Positions 1 to 9,161 of a stretch of DNA of 39,390 nucleotides are shown in pieces. Origin of the DNA: Thermodesulfobacteriota bacterium (GTDB lineage Bacteria; Desulfobacterota; SM23-61). The notes under the pieces were generated by a model. It did not search any database. It was not told the DNA's origin and saw nothing but the letters and a program-made list of their open reading frames with translations. Location of the stretch: assembly GCA_030018715.1 (NCBI GenBank), contig JASEHN010000001.1, positions 1-39,390 on the forward strand, written 5' to 3'. How positions within the stretch are numbered: position 1 is the stretch's first letter; the number at the start of each line of letters is the position of its first letter. Position numbers and translations under genes: made by a program.

Positions 1-962
1 GTGCCCGCCAGAAAGGGACCATCCCGCGGCTGCAAATCAGCATGAACCCGGCGGATGAAGACCATTGGACTTACCCGGAACTCATCGAGGCCCCAGAAGT
101 CCTCCCAGAATTCCCCCTTATCACCAAGAAGGTGTGGTTCATGAAGTATGGCGAGAACAAACACCTCACTGAGGTGGCCCGCCAAACGGTAAAGGTGGCC
201 TACAAGGACGATCCGGCTGCCTACACCCGGTATGTGGAGGGGAAGTTCGCGTCGGTGTACCGGGGGAAGAAGGTCACCCCGGAATACAACCCCCTGATTC
301 ACCTGGCCCCGGATCCTTTGGAACCGGCTTGGGGGCTGGTGTCCTTTCGTTATTTTGATGGTTGGCACAACCCTTCCTGTGGCTTGGGGCAGATTACCAC
401 CACGGGCCGCTTGGTTTTTTTGGAAACCGTGCGCCTGGAAGGCTCGGACATCCGCACCCTCATCGAAACCCAGGTGATCCCCTTGCTGAATAGTCCCAGA
501 TGGAAGGGTAAAGCCAAGGCGTGGCGGGACGTGGGCGACTTCTCCATGAAGCAGCCGGACCAGAGCAACAAGCAGGAGAACGCCGCCCGGGTGGTGGAAG
601 ACGCCTTCGGGACCATCTTCGAGCCGGGGCCGCCCCGGTGGGAGATTATGAAGCTGGGGATCAAGCGGGCGCTCAACATGAACATCATGGGGTTGCCGGC
701 CATAGTGGTCTGCCCCACCAATAAGCTGCTCCACAAAGGTCTGTCCGGGGGCTGGCACTATAAGGTGGACAACTCCGGCAACATCGTCTCCACCCTCCCG
801 GAGAAAAAAAACGAAGCTTCCCACATCTGCGACGGCTGGGCCAACGCGGTCAACGTCCTTTTGCCCACCCGGTCCATGGGGGTCAACAAGGACGGCTATC
901 GCAAACAGGCCCAGGCGGCCAAGAGGCGGGTGGAGAGCTACGCCACAGGAGCGATGCGATGA
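1..962 (+). CDS. terL: Terminase large subunit, C-terminal (nuclease) part; the 5' end lies upstream of the window
   Basis: The frame is open from nt 3 to the window edge, so the ATG at 42 is internal. The translation has spaced acidic motifs like those of the RNase-H-like terminase nuclease (YFDGWHNP, RDVGDFS, HICDGWANAV). It sits just upstream of small ORFs and a portal-sized gene. The call rests on motif resemblance and synteny only. Confidence 0.65.
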   Translation, partial: ARQKGTIPRLQISMNPADEDHWTYPELIEAPEVLPEFPLITKKVWFMKYGENKHLTEVARQTVKVAYKDDPAAYTRYVEGKFASVYRGKKVTPEYNPLIHLAPDPLEPAWGLVSFRYFDGWHNPSCGLGQITTTGRLVFLETVRLEGSDIRTLIETQVIPLLNSPRWKGKAKAWRDVGDFSMKQPDQSNKQENAARVVEDAFGTIFEPGPPRWEIMKLGIKRALNMNIMGLPAIVVCPTNKLLHKGLSGGWHYKVDNSGNIVSTLPEKKNEASHICDGWANAVNVLLPTRSMGVNKDGYRKQAQAAKRRVESYATGAMR

Positions 963-1216
963 AGGTGGAGACTTCGGGTTATGGCGGCTGGGCCCCCATG
1001 AAATTTTTCGACGGCAAGGCGCCGGATGGGTCCATGAAGGGCACGGAAGGGTTCCGGAACGTGGTCAACGGCCAGGAGGTGCGGCCAGAGAAGGGATGGA
1101 ATGATTCCCCTCCATATCCTACTGGTGATTTAGCCTCAACGCGCCACGCCTCAGATAAATATCGTGAAGGTTGGGAGCGGATATGGGGATCGGCCAACCA
1201 AGCCAGCGAGAATTAA
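959..1216 (+). CDS. Hypothetical protein (85 aa)
   Basis: ORF whose start overlaps the terL stop (ATGA). Third codon positions are G/C-rich. No motif recognised. Confidence 0.5.
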   Translation: MKVETSGYGGWAPMKFFDGKAPDGSMKGTEGFRNVVNGQEVRPEKGWNDSPPYPTGDLASTRHASDKYREGWERIWGSANQASEN

Positions 1217-1374
1217 TGTGTCTGGAGCGCCTCCGTATCTGGGAGTCGCTGATCCCTTTAATGGCCCTGTTTGAAGACGATGAAGAAGAAATGAGGCCCA
1301 AAAGGGAGTATCGTCGCCGGTACAACCACAGGGAGATGACCCCCGCGGTGCCCCGGGCGCACGGCTACATCTGA
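1216..1374 (+). CDS. Hypothetical small protein (52 aa)
   Basis: The track ORF 1171..1374 is trimmed to the ATG that overlaps the upstream stop (TAATG). It has an acidic centre and a basic tail. Support is weak. Confidence 0.3.
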   Translation: MCLERLRIWESLIPLMALFEDDEEEMRPKREYRRRYNHREMTPAVPRAHGYI

Positions 1375-1388
1375 GGGAGGGAAACCAA

Positions 1389-1637
1389 ATGCCCGCAGAG
1401 AGCAAGAAGCAGCGCAAGGCGGCGGGGATAGCCACGGCTATCCAGGAAGGCAAGATGAAGTCCAAGCCAAGGACGGCTTCGGCAGAAATGGCACAGATGG
1501 CGCCAAGCAGCCTGAGGGATTTTGCCACCACGCCTGAGAAGGCTTTGCCTCCGGTTGCGGCGGCAAAGAAACCGGCGGGCGGTATGGGGCCCACCAGGGT
1601 CACCAAGACCGGGGTCATAAACAAGAAGGCGTTCTGA
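1389..1637 (+). CDS. Small basic protein, DUF3008-like
   Basis: GGGAGGGAAACCAA-ATG ribosome-binding site. The N-terminal SKKQRKAAGIATAI and the central ...MAPSSLRDFATTPEKALP pattern resemble the small DUF3008-type proteins as I remember them. Confidence 0.55.
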   Translation: MPAESKKQRKAAGIATAIQEGKMKSKPRTASAEMAQMAPSSLRDFATTPEKALPPVAAAKKPAGGMGPTRVTKTGVINKKAF

Positions 1638-1750
1638 CGTGAGGACCTTAAGGCCGTCTTATCTGCCCCTGATTATCGTGCTGGCGGTGGCCGCGGCCCT
1701 TTGGGGTCTGGTGTGGTGGTTCAGATGAAGAAGGCGTTCCCGAAATAGCT

Positions 1751-3721
1751 ATGGCCAGTTTCTTAGAAGACCCCCGCATCGAAGTGCGGAGCCGGGTGGC
1801 GGAGATCAACCGCGTCCAGTTCGATGAGCAGGAGACCGCGGAGCGGGAGAAAGCCGCCCAAGCCTATGGCCGGGAGGACGAGGCCCATTTCGTCAGCTTC
1901 CTGGACGATTGCGTCAAGACCTCCGTGGAGGCCATGGCCAAAATCCGGCTCAATCAGCAAGAGTGCTGGGATGTCTTCAATGAAGAAGAGCCCCCCTCCT
2001 ATCGACTCAAGGAGTCCTGGCAATCGCGGGTGGTGGTGCCCAAGCCGTATAGTTCCTGCCAGTTCGCCCAGGCTGTCGTGCGGAAGGCCTTCGATGCGGA
2101 GTTTCTGTCCATCGAAAACGAGCAGGATGACGAAGCCGCACATTTTTGGCAGAAACTCATGAGCCTGATGCTCTCCCGGACCTACTCCAACTTCCCCATT
2201 AACTTCACCGATGCCACCGGGATGAGTTTCGCCGTCGGGCAGTCCATGGAGATGATCCCGACCTACCGCCCGGGTAAGGGGCTCCGGTACATTCTGACGG
2301 AGCCCTGGAAGATTCACCGGGACCCGGATTCTATCAGCCGGCAGCCGCAGTCGGGGATGTATTGGGTTCACCAGGAGTACCTGGACTACTACCTGCTGAA
2401 GGACGGAGAGAAAAACGGCCTGTACCAGAACGTCCCGGATATGGGGCCGGGGGGCAGCTATGGGAACTCGAAATCTAACCCGAATCTCACCAAAGAGGAA
2501 ATTGCCCGGCGCCGGGAGATGATGTGGAACCGTTCCCGGTATAGGGCCATGGCGCTGACCTCGGAGTTCTGGGGCACCGTATTGGACAAGCGGGGGGAAC
2601 TGCTGCTCCCCAACGCCACCTTCACGGTGACTGGCGACAAGGTGATCCGCCTCCCCAAGGTCAGCCCCTATCCCACCTTGAGGTGGCCGGGAGTCGGCTT
2701 CAGCGCCCTGCCCCACCTGCTGCGGTTTGATGGCCGGGCCCTGATCCAGGGGATCAAGAGCCTCTGGTACTTCATGAACAACCTTTTCTGTCTGCACGCC
2801 GACAACCTGAACTGGATCGTCAACCCGACCTGGGAACTGGACGTATCGGCCTTGGTGGACCAGGCAGATGTGGACCTTTATCCCGGCAAAGGATACCTCA
2901 CCCGGGGGACGGTCTCGGGCCAGCAGGCTTATCGGGTGGGGGAGCGTCGGTCCCAGACCGGGGACATCCTGGCCAACATGAATTTCGCCGACCAAAGGTT
3001 CCAGGAAGGCGTGATGATGAACAAGGAGACAATGGGCCTCCCGGGGTATCGGGCCGAAGTGACCAAGGGCGAGGCGGTCCAGAACCTGGAACAGAGCATG
3101 ACCGTGGTGGGGCTCATTGGGAGAAACTTGGAGGATGGGGCTCTTAACGCCATCCAGGCAGGGGCGGAGACGGTGGTTATCAACATCACCTATGCAGAAC
3201 TGGCCATGCTCATGGGTCGGGAGGTGGCCGATAAATATGTGGACAGAGAGTCTCCCACCGGCCTACGGCTGCCCCAGCTTAACAGCGGCAGCTTTAAGGT
3301 TTCGGGGATTTCGGCCCTAATGAAGGACATGGAGATCATTCGGGGCATCCGGGACGTGATGCTACCCATGTTCAAGGGAGAATTCGGGAACATTTTCGCC
3401 CCGTATTTTAAGCCCTACCAACTCATCCGGTCGGTGGAGAAGCGCCTCAATCTGCGGGACGAGGGCATCGTGGTGGATGAGACTACGGCGAAGAGGGTTG
3501 ACCAGGCCCAGCAGGTGCAGCAGGAAGCTGCCATCCAGACCCAGCAAGCGGCGGCGGCGGCGGCGGCGGCCCTGGCCGAAATGAAGACCGTGGCAGAAGA
3601 GGCCAAGGCCGAAATGAACCGGGCCAAGGCCGAAGAACACCGGGGCAAGGGGATTCTGGCCCAAGCTAAGGCGGTGGAAGTCATGAGTCCTGAACCGGAG
3701 CCCCAGGGGTCGGCACAATGA
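1751..3721 (+). CDS. Portal protein (putative)
   Basis: 656-aa ORF, the first large gene after terminase and upstream of scaffold and capsid genes. It has an Ala/Gln/Glu-rich helical C-terminal tail (QAQQVQQEAAIQTQQAAAAAAAALAEMK...). Assigned by size and synteny. Confidence 0.6.
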   Translation: MASFLEDPRIEVRSRVAEINRVQFDEQETAEREKAAQAYGREDEAHFVSFLDDCVKTSVEAMAKIRLNQQECWDVFNEEEPPSYRLKESWQSRVVVPKPYSSCQFAQAVVRKAFDAEFLSIENEQDDEAAHFWQKLMSLMLSRTYSNFPINFTDATGMSFAVGQSMEMIPTYRPGKGLRYILTEPWKIHRDPDSISRQPQSGMYWVHQEYLDYYLLKDGEKNGLYQNVPDMGPGGSYGNSKSNPNLTKEEIARRREMMWNRSRYRAMALTSEFWGTVLDKRGELLLPNATFTVTGDKVIRLPKVSPYPTLRWPGVGFSALPHLLRFDGRALIQGIKSLWYFMNNLFCLHADNLNWIVNPTWELDVSALVDQADVDLYPGKGYLTRGTVSGQQAYRVGERRSQTGDILANMNFADQRFQEGVMMNKETMGLPGYRAEVTKGEAVQNLEQSMTVVGLIGRNLEDGALNAIQAGAETVVINITYAELAMLMGREVADKYVDRESPTGLRLPQLNSGSFKVSGISALMKDMEIIRGIRDVMLPMFKGEFGNIFAPYFKPYQLIRSVEKRLNLRDEGIVVDETTAKRVDQAQQVQQEAAIQTQQAAAAAAAALAEMKTVAEEAKAEMNRAKAEEHRGKGILAQAKAVEVMSPEPEPQGSAQ

Positions 3722-4116
3722 GCCATCAAATTATGGGCGGCGGGGGCATTGATGTGGATATGGTCACCGGCAGGCCTCAGCCCAAGACTCCGGAGACCAG
3801 AGCCGCGGCAGCCAAAAACTATTATCGAGAGACGGTACAGGAGACTCTGGCGCTGTCCGCCGAACTTCGCGGTAGTCCTGTTCTCAAAGTATTGTTGGAC
3901 CAATATCAGGCTCGACTGGTTTTTCTAGCCTCTCAGGACCCTGAGTGTAGGGCCCTGGAGGGCATTGTCAGGACCATACGCCACAGGCTGGAAGTGGCCC
4001 CTCTGGAGGCGGAGAAACTTGTACGTCGGGTGATGGGGCCGCAGTTGGCACAATTTATCGAGGAAACTGAGGAAGAGGCAGTAGAGGCCGCCCCGGAAGG
4101 GATTCCGGCCGAATAA
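3718..4116 (+). CDS. Hypothetical protein (132 aa)
   Basis: ATGA start/stop overlap with the portal gene. Helical, acidic C-terminus. Followed by a strong terminator. Confidence 0.6.
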   Translation: MSHQIMGGGGIDVDMVTGRPQPKTPETRAAAAKNYYRETVQETLALSAELRGSPVLKVLLDQYQARLVFLASQDPECRALEGIVRTIRHRLEVAPLEAEKLVRRVMGPQLAQFIEETEEEAVEAAPEGIPAE

Positions 4117-4171
4117 ATAAAAAGCAGGGGTTCTCTCAATCGTCGGCCAACGGCTGAGAGACGTAAGCATT

Positions 4172-4218
4172 AAAGAGGGGCTGATAGGAGCCTATCCTTC
4201 TATCAGTCCCTCTTTTTT
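4172..4218 (+). terminator. Rho-independent terminator
   Basis: A 16-bp stem (4175-4190 pairs with 4197-4212, including two G-U pairs) and a 6-nt loop, followed by TTTTTT at 4213-4218. The flanking AAA at 4172-4174 can extend the stem. Confidence 0.7.
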
Positions 4219-4269
4219 GGCCCCGTGGCGGCCCTTGACCGGATTCCCGCCACCGAAAGGAGAAGGACC

Positions 4270-5280
4270 ATGGCAGGCGAAGCGGAAGCTGGAAAAGAAA
4301 ACCTGACGGATTCCCAGGCATTGGCCTCTGAAGAACTCAAGGGGCCGGAGGATGAAGGGTCTTTAGCTAGCATTATGGAGCAGACCCCGCGGCCGGTGTT
4401 TACCGGCCATCCGGCTTTGGGGGAGGCAGAAGGAGAAGCTGGCCCGGAAGGTGGCGATGAGGGTGGCAAGCCCCCGGAACCTCCTGAGCCTCCCAAACCT
4501 CCGGAGAAGAAATACAAGTCTTGGGAGGAAGCTGAGGCCGGGGCTCGGGAGCACCAGTCCGCGTTTACCAAAAAAGCGGAAGAGGCGGCCCGGGAGAAAG
4601 AGGCCCGGGAAGCGGCGGAACGCGAACGGGACGAAATCAAGCAGAAGCTGACCGCCAAACCGCCGGAGACGCCTGCTGAAGAAACCAGAACTCCGGAAGA
4701 ACTGGAGGCCGAACAGGAGGCCCGCATCGAGGGTGCCCTGGATGAGATCGGTCAACTGGACGAGTTCGACCCGGAATACAAGAAAAAGGTGGCCCGGTCC
4801 TGGCGCAAGGCCGGAATCGGGGGGGCAGGACAGCCTACCACCCCCAGCGGCCAGGTCCTGGACGAACTTATCAACAAGCGGGTGGAGGAACGGTTTAAGG
4901 CCAGGGAAACCGAGAAAGAGGCCGAAAACCAAGAATCTCGCATCCGCACCAGAGCCGGAGAAATGGCGGGCAAGGCTGGCTTGAACATGGAAGAGGGATC
5001 GGCAGACCACACCCTCTTCTGGGCGACGGTCAGCAAAATGCCCCAGGATTTGGACGCCAAACCCTTTGAGGAACAGGTGCAATGGACCGCGAACGAGGTC
5101 CGGCGCCTCAAGGGGGAGGTCGTGCAGAGCAAAGCAGAGATGGACGCGAAGGCCCGGGAAATTCAGGTCAACAATACGGTTCTGGAGAGGGGCAGCACCA
5201 GGCCCAAGAAGAAGGAAGTCCCGGAACCCTACACTCTCGGGTCCATCATGACCAAGCATCAGGAATCACGACGAATTTAA
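4270..5280 (+). CDS. Scaffolding protein (putative)
   Basis: Highly charged Glu/Lys/Ala/Pro-rich helical protein immediately upstream of the capsid gene. GAAAGGAGAAGGACC-ATG RBS at 4270. The GTG at 4225 in the track overlaps the terminator and has no RBS. Confidence 0.6.
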   Translation: MAGEAEAGKENLTDSQALASEELKGPEDEGSLASIMEQTPRPVFTGHPALGEAEGEAGPEGGDEGGKPPEPPEPPKPPEKKYKSWEEAEAGAREHQSAFTKKAEEAAREKEAREAAERERDEIKQKLTAKPPETPAEETRTPEELEAEQEARIEGALDEIGQLDEFDPEYKKKVARSWRKAGIGGAGQPTTPSGQVLDELINKRVEERFKARETEKEAENQESRIRTRAGEMAGKAGLNMEEGSADHTLFWATVSKMPQDLDAKPFEEQVQWTANEVRRLKGEVVQSKAEMDAKAREIQVNNTVLERGSTRPKKKEVPEPYTLGSIMTKHQESRRI

Positions 5281-5293
5281 GGGAGGTTGAGCA

Positions 5294-6262
5294 ATGCAAG
5301 CTCATAACTGGACGTTTGACGCAGCCCTCGGGATCTACAAGAACCACCAGTTGAGCAAAAAGCTCCTGGAGGTTTCCGCCGGGGAGTGCAAGATACTCCC
5401 CTTCACCAGCGACCACGGCATCGCCTTCAAGCGCAACGCGGGCGAGATGGTCAACATCATGCACATCAACCGCCTGCCCAACTCCGGTTCTTCCCGCCTG
5501 GAAGAAGATACCCGGATCCCCATCCGGAAGCTCTCCTGGGGTAACCGGCAGATCAAGGTGGTGGAGTTCGGGGAAGGGGTGGAATACACCCACCTGATGG
5601 AGATGCTGGCGGTCTTCAAGCCCAGCAATTCCCTCCAGAAGGCCCTCAAGACCCAAATGGAGGAGGCCCTGGACACCGAAGGGGCCAGGGCCTTCATGGA
5701 CGCCACCGCGGTCAAACTCGTCTATACCCCCACCAGCCTCACCGGGGGCTCCTGGGGTGTGGCGGGCCTGCCCTTGGCCGTAGCCAGCGCGCCTCTGTCC
5801 TTCGACCACTGCGTCGCCGTCGGCGATTACATGCGGGACATCATCCATTGTCAGCCCTATGAGGGCGACAACTACGTGGGTCTGTCCTGCAACCGGAACC
5901 TGCGGAGCCTGAAGCAGGACCGGTACTGGCAACAGTGGCACCAGTATCTCCAGAAGGGCGATTTCGTCTTCAGGGGCGAAATGGGCATGACCGAGCGCAT
6001 CCGGTGGGTGGAAATCAACCGGGCTCTGGCTTTCTCCAACACGGCCGGCACCTCGACGGTTATGGGCGAAGCCGTGGTCTTCGGTGACGAGGCGATAGCC
6101 CGCCTGGAGGCCGAGACCCCGCACCTGCGCCTGGACCCCAACTACCAGAGCGACTTTGGCCGCACCCAGGCCGCGGCCTGGTATGGGATTTTGGGTTTCG
6201 GCTCCGTCTGGGACGTGGCCGACGACGGCAAGGCCAAGATCGTCCGCATCGACTCCCTGTAA
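5294..6262 (+). CDS. Major capsid protein (putative, HK97-fold type)
   Basis: 322-aa ORF directly after the scaffold gene, with a GGGAGG RBS, and followed one gene later by a terminator. The position and size are typical. Family not verified. Confidence 0.7.
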   Translation: MQAHNWTFDAALGIYKNHQLSKKLLEVSAGECKILPFTSDHGIAFKRNAGEMVNIMHINRLPNSGSSRLEEDTRIPIRKLSWGNRQIKVVEFGEGVEYTHLMEMLAVFKPSNSLQKALKTQMEEALDTEGARAFMDATAVKLVYTPTSLTGGSWGVAGLPLAVASAPLSFDHCVAVGDYMRDIIHCQPYEGDNYVGLSCNRNLRSLKQDRYWQQWHQYLQKGDFVFRGEMGMTERIRWVEINRALAFSNTAGTSTVMGEAVVFGDEAIARLEAETPHLRLDPNYQSDFGRTQAAAWYGILGFGSVWDVADDGKAKIVRIDSL

Positions 6263-6295
6263 GTCGGTGCTCAAGGAACTAGGAGGTAAGGGAAC

Positions 6296-6790
6296 ATGGG
6301 ACAGTATGGCAGTTACGAGAAGACGGTCTTTGACGCGGCGGTAGGTGATGCTTCCCTGGCTACGGCCATTGTCCTGGAAGCGGCAGTCGGCGCCATCCTC
6401 ACCAAGACCATGAATGAGCCCTTTGTGGTGAGCCGGTTCGGTTACCGGCCCACCGTGGCCTTCAACTACGACACCCTGATCACCGAAGGGGTGCTGACCA
6501 TCTACCGCTACCCGGTGGTGGACGGCACCGGCAAGGTGGCTCTGGCCACCATTGCCCTGAAGGACGCGGCCCCGGTGAACGATGTTTACTACGTGGACGT
6601 GCCCAACCCCATCGCCGCTACCCGGAAAAAGGGCAAGGCCGAGATCGACGCGGGCGAATTGGTGGTCATCGAGATCACTACCCAGGCCAATGGCGGCACG
6701 GAAGTGGGTGATTTTCAGCCCTTCTTCTGCGGTCATCCCAAGGCGGAGACCGCGGCCAACCAGAGCAAGATGCACAACCTCACCCCGTAA
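6296..6790 (+). CDS. Hypothetical structural protein (164 aa), possible head decoration or accessory protein
   Basis: AGGAGG RBS. Beta-rich sequence. Co-transcribed with the capsid gene and placed before the terminator at 6795. Confidence 0.65.
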   Translation: MGQYGSYEKTVFDAAVGDASLATAIVLEAAVGAILTKTMNEPFVVSRFGYRPTVAFNYDTLITEGVLTIYRYPVVDGTGKVALATIALKDAAPVNDVYYVDVPNPIAATRKKGKAEIDAGELVVIEITTQANGGTEVGDFQPFFCGHPKAETAANQSKMHNLTP

Positions 6791-6794
6791 CCCA

Positions 6795-6826
6795 GGGGCC
6801 CCGGACTTCGGACCGGGGCCTTCTTT
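6795..6826 (+). terminator. Rho-independent terminator (moderate)
   Basis: GGCCCCGG (6797-6804) pairs with CCGGGGCC (6813-6820) around an 8-nt loop, followed by TTCTTT. Confidence 0.5.
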
Positions 6827-6841
6827 GAAGGAGACCTGACT

Positions 6842-7438
6842 ATGGCTGATTTAGCTGCAACCGATGTCACCGTAACCTTGTCCCCACAGGACAAAGATTT
6901 CCTTGGGGCCAAAAGGGTCAGTTATCCCAGCATCGCCTTTGGAGGCGCTGGCAAGACCTATGGGGCCGTTAACGGTATTCCCATGCCGGCCATTGGCAAA
7001 TTCGGAATGAACAAGGAAATCAAGCGGGTCTTTGTGATGCAGCCGGGCAACGGCTACGAATACAGGTGGGACCGGGCCAACCACAAACTGCGGATTTTCC
7101 AGGCGGCCCCCACAGGGAGTGTAGCGGCTCCGACATTCACTGGTTCAGCTTTGGGAGCGCATGTCCATGACCTACTGATCAAAGGCGGAATCACCGCGGA
7201 TGAAAACCTGGGGCTGCTGGCCTCTGGCCCGACTCTGGGCAAATCGGAGGCCGCCGACCGGATCGTGGCTGGTGCGAATTATGCCACCAAGGGTGGGGTT
7301 GCGTCTATTACCGGTGGCGTTCCTGCGGGGACCAATTCTGCTCCTGTTTTCACCGGGGCTGCTGCACCTTTGGCGGAAGCGCCCAGCAGCCACGCACCCG
7401 CGGCCACCAGCATCGAACTGATGGTGGTGGGCGAATAA
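6842..7438 (+). CDS. Hypothetical structural protein (198 aa)
   Basis: GAAGGAG RBS. Contains an internal duplicated motif (AAPTFTGSAL and SAPVFTGAAA). No family recognised. Confidence 0.65.
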   Translation: MADLAATDVTVTLSPQDKDFLGAKRVSYPSIAFGGAGKTYGAVNGIPMPAIGKFGMNKEIKRVFVMQPGNGYEYRWDRANHKLRIFQAAPTGSVAAPTFTGSALGAHVHDLLIKGGITADENLGLLASGPTLGKSEAADRIVAGANYATKGGVASITGGVPAGTNSAPVFTGAAAPLAEAPSSHAPAATSIELMVVGE

Positions 7439-7460
7439 CTCAGAAAGGACAGGAACCTTT

Positions 7461-8021
7461 ATGGCACAGAAAATCTACACCAAAAAGTTCGGCGAGATCG
7501 AGGTGGAACGGTCCTGGACCGACGGACCCCACCATATCGCCAAACTGACCAATGGGGCCTACTGCCACATCACCGGCCTGCCCATCTACAACAAGTCGGA
7601 ACTCGCGGCGGTGCTCACCGGGGCCGACCTGGAAGATGCACTCAACTGGTTTGACCACCGCCATGAAGCCGAAGAAGGACCGCCCCGGCGCATCATGTTC
7701 GAGGCGGACGGCACCCCCGTCTTTGAGGACGGCTCCCCGGTGGAGAACTCCGCGGACCTGATCCAGAGCCTCAAACCGGGTCCGGTGTTGGATGCCGCGC
7801 TCCAGGCCTTTTATAAGAAACAGGAGGCCAAAAAAACGGCGGGAAAACTGGCCCAGACCCCGGCAGGGGACGCGGCGCACCGGGTGGCGGGCAAGAAGTC
7901 TCCCCCTTCCGAGAAGTCGGGGATGAAAAAGCCGGCGGGGAAGCAGGGCAAGCCCGCGGCGGTGCACCAGAAGGCAACCCCGCCGCCCCCGGCCCAGGAA
8001 CCGGCGCAGATCACGGTGTAA
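7461..8021 (+). CDS. Hypothetical protein with a basic Pro/Lys-rich tail (186 aa)
   Basis: AAAGGACAGGAACC...ATG start. The C-terminal ~70 aa are low-complexity K/P/A-rich. Confidence 0.6.
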   Translation: MAQKIYTKKFGEIEVERSWTDGPHHIAKLTNGAYCHITGLPIYNKSELAAVLTGADLEDALNWFDHRHEAEEGPPRRIMFEADGTPVFEDGSPVENSADLIQSLKPGPVLDAALQAFYKKQEAKKTAGKLAQTPAGDAAHRVAGKKSPPSEKSGMKKPAGKQGKPAAVHQKATPPPPAQEPAQITV

Positions 8022-8024
8022 GCC

Positions 8025-8174
8025 ATGGCGGACCTACGCATCTGCCCAAATCCGCGGTGTCGGCTGGTGTACCGGCCCGACCCGCAGATTTATAAGGACC
8101 CCCACAACTACTGTCCCAAGTGCGGGACAGACCTGAACCAGCGACCAGCCTGGAAGGGGCGAGACGATGGCTAA
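8025..8174 (+). CDS. Zinc-ribbon mini-protein (49 aa)
   Basis: Below the ORF-track cutoff. MADLRICPNPRC-(16 aa)-CPKCG gives two CxxC-type knuckles. Its stop overlaps the start of the next gene. Confidence 0.5.
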   Translation: MADLRICPNPRCRLVYRPDPQIYKDPHNYCPKCGTDLNQRPAWKGRDDG

Positions 8175-8454
8175 GACCAGCAAGGCACCCGCGGTTGATT
8201 CCTCCGAGAAGGAGTGGCGTCGTGAGGTCTCCTTCAACTTTGGCAAAGGCGGCATGGAGAAGCCGGAAGAGTTTAAAGATCTGCAGCCGGACATGGAAGT
8301 GACCGCGCTGGTCACCGGAAAGGTGAAAAACCTTCGCCTCGACACGGAAACTTCCAGTTTCTCCCTGCAAATGGAGAAGGTCGAACTGCAAACCGGCGCG
8401 AAGGGGGGGCTCAGTGAGGCCCTGGGCAAGGCGAAGAAGAAGCAAAAACTCTAA
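8167..8454 (+). CDS. Hypothetical protein (95 aa)
   Basis: ORF with a charged N-terminus and a lysine-rich C-terminus. Packed within the operon. Confidence 0.55.
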   Translation: MAKTSKAPAVDSSEKEWRREVSFNFGKGGMEKPEEFKDLQPDMEVTALVTGKVKNLRLDTETSSFSLQMEKVELQTGAKGGLSEALGKAKKKQKL

Positions 8455-8474
8455 ACCTCTGAGGGGAAGCGGCG

Positions 8475-9149
8475 ATGAATTTGGCTGAGATGGAACGACG
8501 GCTGGCCCTGATTGTGCGCGACCCCAGCCTGGAGCCGGAATTCGCCGGGATGATCAATGACGCCATCCTGGAAATTGCGGCCGATTTTGACCTGCCCGCC
8601 CTGAGGCTGCTCAACCCCCATTCCTTTCCGGTGACCACCGGCAACTGGATTTGGCCCCTCCCTGAGGGGTATCACAAGAAGCTCTTTCGCTGTCTGGATT
8701 CTAACGGGACTCCGGTGAAGGTGCTGGACCGGCTGGAAGAGTTGGAGGCCCTGGACCTGGAGCATACGGAGACGGGGAATCATGTGACCCATGTGGCCGT
8801 GGTGGATATCGGCGTTGACAAGCGCCTCTGCACCTACCCCCTGGCGAACGACACCCTGCGTCTCTGGTTTTATGAGAAGCCGAACTACCTGGAGAAGCCG
8901 GGCGATGTGCCTGCCTGCATCCCGGTAGAGTTCCACGAACGGGTGATCTTCCCCAAGCTCATCATCAAGAATTATCAACTACTCCTGGATCAGGTGGAGA
9001 ATTTTGACACGAAACCCCTTCAATATTGGGAGGGGAAGCAGCGGGAAGGGCTCTACGGCTCGGCCGCGGGGCCCGTCGGCTTCATCAATTTCCTGGTGAA
9101 GGCCCGGGGTGGCCCCCGGCGCCATGGGGGCCGGGACCCTTTACCGTAA
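8475..9149 (+). CDS. Hypothetical structural protein (224 aa), possible head-tail adaptor
   Basis: Position between the head and tail modules. The function is a guess from synteny only. Confidence 0.6.
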   Translation: MNLAEMERRLALIVRDPSLEPEFAGMINDAILEIAADFDLPALRLLNPHSFPVTTGNWIWPLPEGYHKKLFRCLDSNGTPVKVLDRLEELEALDLEHTETGNHVTHVAVVDIGVDKRLCTYPLANDTLRLWFYEKPNYLEKPGDVPACIPVEFHERVIFPKLIIKNYQLLLDQVENFDTKPLQYWEGKQREGLYGSAAGPVGFINFLVKARGGPRRHGGRDPLP

Positions 9150-9161
9150 CCTGGAGAGGCT

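Noticed and set aside
1639-1728. A 29-codon GTG ORF encoding a hydrophobic peptide (VRTLRPSYLPLIIVLAVAAALWGLVWWFR) in the gap before the portal gene.
   Set aside because: It is too short, has a non-ATG start and lacks a convincing RBS. It cannot be supported without comparative or expression data.
4225-4269. The GTG start at 4225 given by the ORF track for the scaffold gene.
   Set aside because: It follows directly on the terminator's T-tract (4213-4218) and has no RBS. The ATG at 4270 has a GAAAGGAGAAGG Shine-Dalgarno.
5246-6775. Very long minus-strand ORFs (for example 5246..6775 at 509 aa, 1763..2995, 24737..25636, 26000..26977, 33263..34123).
   Set aside because: They lie antisense to + strand ORFs that carry recognisable domains and RBSs. 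Their translations are G/R/P/H/L-rich low-complexity sequence. GC-rich third positions on the true strand suppress stop codons in the antisense frames, so these are expected artefacts.
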